The position numbers and the translations under genes are program-made. DNA of 64,000 nt from Ascidiella aspersa. Lineage: Eukaryota. The notes beneath the pieces were generated by a model. The model made no database searches. It was not told the DNA's origin and saw only the letters and a program-made list of their open reading frames with translations. The stretch spans positions 12,214,001 through 12,278,000 of the forward strand of contig OZ004610.1 of assembly GCA_963924565.1 (NCBI GenBank), given 5' to 3'. The number at the start of each line of letters is the position of its first letter. Position 1 is the stretch's first letter. Below, piece by piece: positions 12,608 to 24,400 of the stretch.

Positions 12608-15600
12608 GTGACGCGCATGTATTTTTGCATTCAGATTCGTTGCGAGTGTGATTCACAACAGACGACTTAAAAACATAGATACAATAATACACATATAGGC
12701 ATGTAGCACGCAAAACAGAAGGGTTTAGCATAACTCTTCCTTGAGGTTAATGTGCTGTTCGAGCCACCTTCACTGTAAAATTCAAATACATAAAGTTTTT
12801 ATAAGTTGGCAAGTTTCGTCCATCAGTTAAAGCAACGTGCGACCTCTGCAACACACATAATTACGCGTGACTTACTGGTGCGACCTTTTCAACTGTTCTG
12901 TGCTGAGTCACAGTCAAAACACACCTGCATGTAATTTTTTATACATATGTTACATATCACCGTGTAACATACTAATAACGTTGTGCCGGTCGCGCGATGT
13001 GCCGTTTTGCGTTGGCGATTCAACTCGTGGCCTGGTGGGTGGGTGTCACTGATCACATAAGTGGATTTGAGGAACTAACATCTGCCCATGATCGCAGGCC
13101 AACTTAACTAACCAATTAATTAACTCATAAAAACAACTTCACAGCCAGTGTGGAACAGAATTGTGGCCCTACGTTCTATCCCGAGGGGCAAGAAGGGCAG
13201 GAAAAGGTTGCTCCCGAAAGAATGTTGGCCGGGATTCAAGAATGTTCGCGGGAACGACGTCAATTATTCATGGCACGGTGCGCGCTGTGGGTGGGTGTCC
13301 GTGACCATTAAATAAAATAAGAACGGTTTGGCAGTTTGCAAACGATATTGGGCTTTCAGTTTTCATTTTCCAGTTTGAAAAAAACAACGCTCAGTTACTT
13401 TGCAGTTTTTATCAAAATTGCACCATGCAAAAAAAATAACTTTACATATAGCCAGGGCCACTTTACAGCAATTTGGTGCTAATTCTGGTGCTATTTTCCT
13501 GTTCAACGGGTCTAGGGTTTAGTAAACAGAATAAAAATAGGGGAAACCAAGACGCAACTATGTAATGCTAGCCTCCAAGCCGGGAAGACAAAATGGGAAG
13601 TCTTAGCGCCTATACTAGCGTTTCCCAAACTCGACGCATGGGTACGCCATCGAAAGTTATGCGAATCCAGCAAGAGGATCAACAATTGATGCAAAAACAT
13701 CGGCAAACAGAAGAACAACCCAGCATCCTGACGCACCGTTGCACGTTCGAGCGTGACGAAAACTTTCCGTGACATAACGTTGCGCGGCGTCCTGCAACCG
13801 AGAGCGTCCTGTCGTTTTGCGGCTCACGAGCACGCAACAGCGCTTCTGCAGATGGTCGCAACGAGCCGACAAAAAACAAGCAAAAACACAAACAATGAGC
13901 CGCCGCAGTCATCAAAAGTGCGAGCGCCGAGATCAAAACAAGCGATCATGCGCTGCCCGCGTGTCCAGCGGTAAACCCTGAAGTCCCTAGCCTTGTCGCT
14001 CCACGATTGTTTCAAAGTATACCAAATACACAATTGTGCTTTGGAGCTGTAGTGAGGCAAGGCTTTCTCGTACTGTGAAACACTTTTCTGCAGAGTCGGC
14101 GTTGATCGGGGTATTAAGAACGCAAGGACATCAAACTCTTACCAGTACAAATGTATTACAATTCATGGTATTATCTACTCAAAAGCATTTGCAATTTTAT
14201 TCCCTAATTTACAATCGAAAAGTATCTGCTCATCACAGACATTAAACGCCATGGCAACCAAAAGTAATTTGACGTACAAATTACACCCAATACCATACCT
14301 AATTATAATACAAGCATGGACTGGATGTTGGTGGACGAATTTCACAGCGACAAGGATTGAAAATTTTAAAGCTTAAAAAAGCAACCACCTCCTGGTGAAC
14401 AATTCTAGCGTTCGAGCTTTATTTTTATAGCATTAAGGTTTATTGCTGAGTGCTGACCTAACATATAAATTATTTTAGTTATTGCCGGCTTAATTTGTGG
14501 GCAATTAAATGTTGATAATGCACATTCATCTAATAACCGGTAATCGCGTATATTGCCCATTTAACAGTTGAACAAAACGACCAGCACTTTAGCGCCTCGC
14601 AGAAAACAAAGCGAAGAATAATGTATTAATAGATGGTGGCGCAATATTAAAAATTAACATCGAATGCTTCTTTTAGGTGAGTGATGAGCGTTTCGCACAA
14701 AGAACGAAGCAGAATCGAACACCGACTCGCTTCCTCTGCCATTTACAAAGCACAAATAGGGTAGGCAATGTGCCGATGTGCATAGGCCGGTCAATCCGGC
14801 CTGCTGCGAAACGTGATCAGCTGATTGTCGGGCCATGTGCGTTGCGTAAATAATACATGAGGCGGCGTTTGACACGTCACAAAGGCTTTCCGGCCGGCTT
14901 GTGCCAATGGCCGGCAAACGACGCCGACCAATGAGAGCCGGGTGAGGTTCGACCTGCAGTAGTGCAGTATGGTCAAAGATTCGACGGGGAGAGGAATATT
15001 CAATTGCCGCTTGGCATTTCTTCGTATGACGTCACGCCTCTCTGACAATTCTAGTCAAAAAATGATTAGTTGCTTGCAATAATACTAGTTAACCCGTCAT
15101 TTTCGCGCCGTTCAATCACCATGTGGTATGCTGTTATGAAGTTGACCAACTTTAACCAGCACGTTTTATACTCGATACAAGAATTCTATTTTGTCATGTA
15201 TTTCGCTTCTTTTGACATGACGGTCTTGATCCATGTGTTTAATGAACAGCGATTTTAGTGCACCAACATCGTTAAAAACCCCGAGATTGGGAAATAACGG
15301 AGTTACGAGCATAGTGACAAATTAAACAGGAGATTGTGTAGTTGGGTTTGGCAAGTCGAATTTTTAACAATCTTTATTGAGTAGTTTGATATATGACCAA
15401 TGCTTATGCTGGCTCATGTTAGGGAAGGTTGTTTAGCTGTTTAAGTTGGGAAGAATTTTTCAGTTTATTCGAAGCGCTCAATGCAAATACTTCCAACCCT
15501 CTGCTAAAGCGCATAACAACAGTATCCTGGCAGTGACAATTAACGATACAAACACTCCCGTTTCGGCCAGCTTCCAGAGCGGAAACCCCCAGGATTTATC

Positions 15601-17839
15601 AATCGAGCGGCAACAAACTGTACTTCTTTAATCCCGGACTCCCGCTAAAGGCATTTCCATCCAAACTGACTACATGGTTACAAGCCCACCGCGATTGCGC
15701 GTTCCCACAATACTGGGCAGGAGAATGATGTTGCACCATGAATGCCATGATTTCCTTCTGCGATTGATTGGCCTTTCAATCATTTCAAACACCATGAAGT
15801 AGCACTCCCGGCGTGAACGCGCTTTAAAACGCCTTTAAAGTAAATGCGTCTAACAAACGATTCCGGTCGCCAAACCCTAATATAAAATTTGATGAAAATG
15901 ACTTGTCTGCGTTGCGGTTAATCAACTAAATTTTTAGAACGCGTCTTTTTTCGTTAGCCTGTTTGCAAAACCGAGGCAGGATAAGGAAATGGTATTCCAT
16001 GTTGGGTCGCCTCTTTAAAAAAATGCTCGGAAAAAAACATTTAAAAAAAATTGACGATCGGCAAATAGACACAAAAACAACTTTAGTCGACTATAGAACT
16101 AACTATAATCACGATTGCAACACTTATATTGTTGTAGTTTAACGAAACGATCAGTTATTTACTTTCAGCTTTAATTGCCAATAACTTGCATTTGAGGGAT
16201 TGCTGTGCTTCTACACGTTCAATTAGCGTGAGTAATAAACCTGAGTGAACACTGTGCGCGTTCTCTGCTCCTAATTTGGTTATTCGGTATGTATCTGTGT
16301 GACGTAACTACACGGTCTACCCCCTCAAACCTCGCCACAAGCGATACCGGTTGTCAGGCGATACTAGAACACCGCCACTTTTCCGTATGCAGTGTTTGGA
16401 TAGAAACCGTACTTGGCCAAATAAAGCAACAGGACAAGTTGCCGTGTTTGTAACGGGTTGGACCCACACTTGGATTCTAAGCGGTGGCACATGTTACAAG
16501 GTCTTGGCATTTAAACAGCTGTCGAGCAGGATAAAAACACACCGGTTTGGGAGCGTAAAATCAACAAGTGGCCTCCTTGATCCAAGTAGAGTGCCGAGCT
16601 GCAGCTGTTCACGTGAAATGCATCATTTCTATAGTTAAATATAGAAATAATTTTAAATATAGAGGTGGTATGCGCAACATACACTTTACTTGGTGCATAT
16701 CGAAGAGCAGTTTGCATGTGAAACTTGACGTCAAGAAGTGACACACCTTTCAGCACGATCACTCAAAAACATGGATCAAGCTTTACGACCAAACGCGTAT
16801 TTCAGTCCCATCGGTTTGTTTGTTAGTGGCATATACACAACGCTATTAGCCGTTTTTCGTGGCCTATAAAAGAGCCAACCAAAGTTCGACACGTTTCGAC
16901 AAGTCGATGTTGGCACAATACGCGCAAGGAACTCTGTCCTCCGGAATTGAAATAAGACGAAGAAAGACCAGCGGCATTATTTTCAGGCGACCCAGTGACC
17001 ACTCTATGCGCCCGCGGGGTTGCACATATCAATATAGCTTGCCTTGAAGGCGCAGAGCGGCAAAGTAAGGAGAGCTCCTAGCTTTGTCCGACTCTGCAGC
17101 TTTGACGGATCGCCCGACTTCGGTTTCAAGCAGTCAGAAGTTTCCTGCGAACGGCGGTGTCGGCCTTCGGGAAGAAAGAGCTGCTGCAATGCAAGCCAGG
17201 CAACAGGCGCTGTGCATGAATTTGCTGCAGCAATCGCGACCGGTCCGAAGCCCCAGTTGGCTCATGCATAATGCACGAGACGCAATTGCAAAATCGTATT
17301 TTTTTTCGCCGCTGCTCGGTTGCGCAACCGTGACGGTGCTTTTTTTAGCCTGCACAACCCAACGCGAAATAATGTCGGTGAGTTCGCGCGATAAAAATAT
17401 AATGAACGGGTTAAGCTGGTGAAATGGAACAGGGACAACCTGCTGACAAGTTTGCCTAGCACTTGTTAAAACGCCGCGCTTGTCGCTTAGTTTAAAGTGG
17501 ACGCGAGTTTGCAAGTCGTGTACTGTTAATGCGATGCCTGTCGAGATGCCGGTTTCATCACGCAGGAGAAAGAACCCGGCGCAAGACGAAAATGCAAGCG
17601 CTATCTGCAGGTCTTCTAACGCATCTCGAAAACGATCGTTTTTGCGCAGATATGTCGCAAAGTTTTTTCGGATGATGAAGGACCGAGATAGGACAGCGGC
17701 ACTGCCCCGGGGCGTAGCATAACCTGAACAAACGCCACCGATAAGGCTAGGCACTTCGGTCGTGCGCTCTCAGCCGGCATAATGATTTCAGAGCACAAAG
17801 CAAATTAGTCAACGGGCGTTTGCGCCGGTTCCGGCGCCG

Positions 17840-17861
17840 ATTGGTCGAGACGGTCACGTGA
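17840..17861 (-). promoter_or_regulatory. Candidate E-box/CCAAT composite element
   Basis: ATTGG (17840-17844), 10 nt, then CACGTG (17855-17860) in the context GGTCACGTGA, in a CpG-rich island. Confidence 0.45.
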
Positions 17862-20588
17862 GCCGGGTGCACACACGCAGCGCGCTCGATTGTTTCAACA
17901 GACGCACGCGCGCCGGTTGTTGCGAAATCGTGTTGCGCGTGTTTTAACAGAGCGCGTGGCGATCGCGTCCTAACGACTGACAACAACAGCTTGGCCCCAA
18001 CGCTAATAGCTATGCACCAGCGACATAATGTGATGTTGCAAGGCGTCACAGGGCAACAGGCCGACGACAGGAAAGGGTGTCAGCAGTCGTCATTAAAGCA
18101 CCAAGTGTGAATCGATTTTCTTCGAATTTTGGGCGCACAAAAGGTCGGGTCGAAATGGTTAACGGTCGTCGAAGGTTCTCAAATGACTGATGCCTGCAGA
18201 TGGAAGTGGAAGTCGATTTCTGGCAAGAAGGCAATAACAAATAGACGAACTAGTTTTGCGAATCTCGGTGAGACTTCGACAAGATTTTTACAAATATATG
18301 ATCGTCCAGGCGGGCAGTAAACGCTCCTAAGACGATTGTCAAAAATCCAGCTGAGCCAGCAGTAATTGAGTGGAATAAGTAATTGTAACCACAAACACCT
18401 AAAGTGTAAAACTGAAATCTCTGTAAAATACGACATAACTATCCCTTTAGTAACGTTGGCTGTATGGAGTATCACAATCTGTTGCTATGTACTAACAAAT
18501 CGATTAAATCAATAGTGCTGATATTTTACACGTTCGTATGCCTATAGCGCTGTCAGTGGCAAACCTGGAAGTGCCAGTCCACAAAGCAAACGGTTATTTA
18601 ACGGCTAAAAACGATTTGAAACAAATCTTACAAATATTTGAGAAAACAAGGCTCTTTATAATATTTTACATAACAAGGTAGCAAGGTAATTTATAAACTC
18701 TGTGGCAGATTAGTAAGCAAACTATATTTAAAATTAGTGATTAAAACACACACACATACCTGTGTAACGTGTATCTTGCTTTGCAAACAGCCACTAAATA
18801 ATTTTCCAATCACGTATTAGGCCAATAACCACCTTGTATTCACAACGAAAACACTGAACGGATGGTAACATTGAAGTTCTGTGAGTAAAAAATGGAGCTT
18901 TATTTAACAGCGAAGAATGGAAATCATACTTGGCTTGCATTCTATTGTGGAATTGTGTTGTATCAATGGTCGAGTCATTATAAGCTTTGCATATAACCTA
19001 TTGTTTAAGAAAACAATAAGGTTTAATTTAAATTGATTTAGTTGCTATTTTTATGTAGATTGTACAACACCACCCATCACGAATGACAAACATATTAGAC
19101 AGCTCTTTATCATTTGTTTTTGAGAAATTGTTTTCTTATTTTACTGTATGCATAGGTTTAATTTAAACGGCTAAATCAATGCCGCAAAAATGCTTCCGGC
19201 AATTTACGGCGAACGCTTAAAGGCAAAACGTAATAATAGCGCGCGCACGAAAGCAGATTAGAGCGATTTGCAACGGCTTGTACGTCGCACAAGCAACAGC
19301 GTCAAGCTAAAATCTTCGACCTTCACTCAATTCGTGTCAATTTCGGCGAAAAGTTATTGCAAGATTACGCAGCAAGCTAAGAGCACTGTTGTGTACACAA
19401 ATGTGACCTTGGTAACGTGTAGTCGACATCAAATAACAAAAGGTATAAGTAAAATAATGGTAAACAGAAAAGAATATATTTTATGACATTAAATAAAAAA
19501 GTCTGTTGCGCCATTTCGTGGTAAACAAAATTGAGATTGTTTATGACGCAAATAAATTGTTTTTACAGCTCTGTTCGAGTTAAGAAGCGGTATATCCAAG
19601 GACAAAAAACCCAGATGTGTCGATTGCGTCAATTCGAAGCAATAACACATGAAAGATAAGACAGAAAGACACATACTGACGACAAACCAAAGATCGAAAT
19701 CAAAAGAACATAAAAGGTTCTGTGCGTGGCAATCGCGGACTTTCACCGATGAAAGCGCACACCTTTTTATCATTGTGGCTACAAGGCAAAACAAAAAAGA
19801 CGTACGCAGACAGACGACGAACAATAGAAAATGACAGATTTGAAAACCCCCAAATCTTACGTCATATACTGTCTTTCTTACATGGAAAAACGAACACATT
19901 GACTTCTCCCGAGGAACATAACGGGGCCGCGAGGGTCGGGAAAAACTCGGGACGCGCCCGTGACGGGAATCTTTTGGAGGGGAATACCCGCGCGTCAGCA
20001 CCGAATTTCTTTCCCCGGATTTTGAAAAGGTCGATTCGCTCGGTCGCTTGAGTTTGGGCCAAGTAAAGCAAGTTTTTTCTTTCCACACCCGAAGCGGTCG
20101 CCTACCTTTTTCCAACTTGGGTTAGTTTCAAAGTCGACAAACGTACTTATTCTCATTCTTGAACCCTGATTTAACAAGGACTGTGTGACTTGGGCACTAG
20201 ATTTGCAAATGGAATTACTGTAATTTGAGAGAATGAGCTTCTTTCAGCGCACGGTATGCAAAACATCACAAACAATAGTTTCGGAATGTGGACCAGGATT
20301 GTTCAATAGACATTAACGTTCTATTAGACAATACATGAAACACATCAAACATATGTATAGTGAAAGTTCAACATTTAAATAAGAGTATAACGTAAAATTT
20401 AATTAAGTGCACTGTTTAAAAAAACGCGATCGCGCACGACATATCATTGCCGCACAGTTGTTTTTGGCCAGGACAGCGCTGGTGTAGAAACGGAAATTTA
20501 ACAGCAGTGGGCTCCATTTGACCGAAGGTAACAGCGAAAAAAATCGTACGATTTTAGCCGACCGGCCCACAGTAACCTCACCAAAAAG

Positions 20589-20658
20589 CACGTGACGTTA
20601 CGTCTCCTGGTTACATAAAACTAGTGATCCACGGTCACGTGACGAGTTCCAAGCCAAT
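20589..20658. promoter_or_regulatory. Candidate promoter/enhancer module: two E-boxes, an X-box-like site and a CCAAT box
   Basis: CACGTGAC (20589-20596), GTCTCCTGGTTAC (20602-20614, RFX X-box-like), GTCACGTGAC (20634-20643) and AGCCAATGA (CCAAT at 20654-20658), all within 70 bp of a CpG-rich island. Motif matches only. Confidence 0.5.
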
Positions 20659-21388
20659 GAGGACCGCCTGAAACGCTCGACCGAGCGTGGTATCAACACA
20701 ACGGGCATTTAAAATGTGTTTTTTTTTTCTTTTTTAAAGCCATAGAAATTTTAGAGTTTGCCATATGTGCGCTCATTGTGCTGACAAGTTCACGGCGAAG
20801 TTCACACACCAGGAAAGAATTACTGGAAATGAGTGGCGCCTTTCAATGAACTGTATAGCAATGGGTAAGGTAATGGAGTTCATGTTGTCGGAGATAAGCA
20901 ATTAGACAAACTTACAATCACATTTTTGAGAGAAACAAATAGCAATAATGATTGCTGCAAATGTCTTAAACGAGGCCTCCTGCCTAACATAAAATTAGTA
21001 ACAGACTAGCAAGGAGCGATAAAGCGCCAATCTCCCTCGGCGACCTAGTTCATAAAAATAAAACCAAAACTGGAAACAGGCGGCCACAAGTACAAGCCGA
21101 AGCAGGCCACACACGTCTTCCCAGGCGGGCTCGGTCGTAGTAAACAGTCGAGCTGGGAAAATAACGGGCGCTGCAACAGGAGCAGCAAGCCCTATCGCCG
21201 ATAAGCGACCCAGGCCGGCTTGGGAAAGAGAGCTGAAGGAATGCGACTCCCGTTCCTGGTCGCCCCGCCCCGTTATGTAAGAACAGCCTTACAGTGCGTG
21301 TTTAAAGCCGCGAGATTCTGTGGCCTACTCGCGTTAAGCGTTCAAGGTCGCAGCTTGGTTGCAAGCAACAGATGTATGTACAAGTGTC

Positions 21389-21401
21389 GTTGCGTGGCAA
21401 C
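21389..21401. promoter_or_regulatory. Candidate RFX X-box
   Basis: GTTGCGTGGCAAC, a near-palindromic X-box-like site in a CpG-rich island. Confidence 0.35.
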
Positions 21402-24400
21402 CGGGCAAACAGAAACGGGCGGGAGAATCCGACTTGTTTACTACGCCAGCGGGCTCCGCGTTTCCGCGAATGCAGGAGCGGGTTTGCTGCGCGCAAGAGC
21501 TTCTAATCAGGCTTTCTTAAACAGGAAATCAACTTTCGTTTCTTGGCTGGGTGCCGTCGTTCTCATTAGCGGCAACAATGACGTCACGCTTGCGACGGCC
21601 CGCATGTGAACAGATCAGGGATTCTTGGTACACCACAATATAAAGGTTGGTACTGCGGGACAAGCTTTGCGTAAAATACCATCACACTGTGTATCGATTT
21701 GAACTAAATAAAATAAGTCCAGTAAACCAGGTCACCTCAGCGATCCGACCGAATATTGTCAATCACAGCAAAACGCCCCCTACCGCCCATATAGCGTTTG
21801 TCCAATAAGGACGGTCTCTGCACAAATGCAACCGCTTACGGAATCCAGGGAAAATTGAACCAATAATAAAGTCGCAACGCGAAAGCAGAGATTTCTTGTA
21901 GTGTTTCATTCATGGTTTTCCCAGCCTTCGTTGGCGTCGCGAGGACGGCCCACCGGCGGTTGTTGCCACTCCCACACTTCTGCTGCTGCTGCTTCTACCA
22001 GTTGGAATGACTTACCGGAGTTTTCCGATTAAAGAAATAAGTAGGACGACATCAAGAGAGCGCCCGGATCAAGCTGTACAAGACCGCAACATTTCGAAGC
22101 GTTTAATGTGGCCTTGTTCGATGCGGTCTCTTTGCTTGTTTTGAAGAAATGGACACTTTTTGTGGTTGCGAACATCAAGAGCACTCGTGATGTGCTTGTG
22201 AGCGCGGTGCACGCCCAAAAAACGCCAGTCGATGCTCGCACACGTTGAAAACGGCGTACAGGTAGCGAATCGGGTAATTCATTTTATATATTTTCGAAAA
22301 ACGTGCAATTTCTCAACAATTAAAGTAAGCAGCCTTCCAACGCAAGTTGGCCCGGTTTGTCCTAAGGCTCATGCGAATGATACATTCATAATAGGTGCAA
22401 AACATGGTATGAAAAGAGAGCCATCTGTACAACTCGTCTGGAAGGTGAGGCAATCTTCTAGCTCAACGCCAAACACCACTTGCCCCATTTTCGGCTCAAC
22501 ACACTCCCACAACACAACAACGATCTAAGTTTGATCGATTACGACGAAGCAGACAGGCTCAGGCAGTTTGCTCCGCGTTTGGGCTATTTTCTGAACAGCA
22601 ATACAGCGTTTACTCCAGTGGCGATAAGGCATTAGGTCCACGTAAGAGCTGCCGATAAACGGCGCCAGGGTGTGAGGGGAGACGACCAACGTAGACGCAA
22701 CCATTTGCTCGGAACCTTTGAACGGGGATTGGCGCATAAATCCGCCACTGCATTTACGGCTTTAGTTGTCGGGCATGATGCTAAAATGGATTTGGGCGGA
22801 TGTCCTAGGGTCCTTAAGTCAGAAGATGACGCATGATGCATTTTTACGAGCCTAGTGGTCGAAATTACACCATTTGGTGCTGTGATGTCGCGCTGTATAT
22901 TTGCGAAGAGTTCATCGCAATTTGCTGTGCACTTCTTTAATCTTGCCATTGCGGCAAATAAACAGTTCCTTAAATGTGTGGTTACGGCTTTTTTAGGATC
23001 TATCTATTATTATTATTACAGCCACGCGGTCGTAATAGGTCAAAACAAGCGGTGGGTGGAAAAGTGCTGATCTGTGGGAGTTCGCTGTGTTTTGACCGCA
23101 AAATGCACGAGGTGAGAAAGAGGCGTCAACAACAACAAAACAGTGAGTTCGAAAATATTCCGCAGGAGCCGTTCCCATCGGTTCTCAGCAAAACAAGCCA
23201 CGGTTCAAGCTTTGCCGAACAAGTCAACACGCGCTACGATCGGAGCGTGGAAAATTTCGAGGGGTGTGGCAGGGCGTGTATGCTAGGTTTGTGGATCGAA
23301 CTCCTTTTGGCATTACGAATTTGCAGGAGCTTGAGCAATAGTTACACCTGCGTATCTTACAGAGTCTGGCGTCCATGGTTACAATAAAAACCTTAATGTT
23401 TTAAGCTGGCTGGATGTTACCTAATGCAAGCAAAACACGATTAACGGAGTTATTGATATACATTGCTGTAAATAAACCAACCTTTCTTCATCCTAATTTT
23501 CCAGTTTAATACCAAGTTTCACAGAGTTAAGGCCTAATTCTACGTCCATTGACGTTCCTAAGCGACAGCCACAAGGCTCGGCATAAAGTACTGCGAAAAA
23601 TCGCGGATATTTTTTTGCCAATGCGAGCGGGAGGGGCTTTCCGATGTGCTAAACAACAACCGGCACATATTGCATCATTTGCGTTCAAGGAAGCATACGC
23701 GATAGAAAAAACGACGCTGAAATAGGTTTCGCATCGTATAGGTCGTTTCCGTGCTCATTTCAAACGGCTATACAAGTAGCTTTTTTACGTCAGGGCGCAC
23801 CTGAAGACCTCTAGAACGGGGTGGCCAACCACAAGCAAAGCGAGTTGAATTTTTTTTCGGTTTAACGGTATTTTTCTTAAATTGCAAGTTTTTGCATATA
23901 GGCATCAAAGCCCTTAAGTACCGTATGCGGAATGAGCAAAACCAAAACAGAAAGTAAATGATAAAAAATGTATTTATTTTATTCTTAATTATTTTTTTCC
24001 CGCGACGCGCATCTATCAAATTACATGGCAGCACGGTTAAAAAGCGCTGTGCTCTATATAACAAACTCAGTCAACGGGTCATGCGAAAAAGCTTTAAATG
24101 CGCATCTTTAGCGTCACACAGCGTGGTGCACTGCGTATGGTTCTGTGAAGCAGTCGTCGGGGCGCAAAACAGCAACACGTGGTGATAGGAAAAGCGCGGC
24201 GTCCGAATGCAAGAAACTCGGCGGATGTTTGCTCACAACATGATCGCCTGGCGCCCGATGCTGATGCAATGTTGCCCGAGAAGAGGGTTAAGCGGCGCGG
24301 CTTCTTTAATGCGCCGAGGAAACAATCGTCGGCTATCAGAGAAAGGATCCGACGAAATTCGCGTACGGGCCTTGCTCTTTTGCCATAAACAAGTCCTCTT

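Noticed and set aside
15906-16126. Further decayed MITE-like remnants (here, and at ~8040-8180, ~18500-19180, ~31620-31870, ~51920-52200, ~58842-59247)
   Set aside because: They show scattered subterminal-type motifs (GTCGACTA, ATCGAT, GGATCCGA) but no clean TIR pair or TSD, so boundaries cannot be supported.
22011-22240. Minus-strand exon ending at CG|GTAAGT (22016)
   Set aside because: All three frames contain stops, no clear acceptor is present, and such donor hexamers occur at the chance rate in this window.
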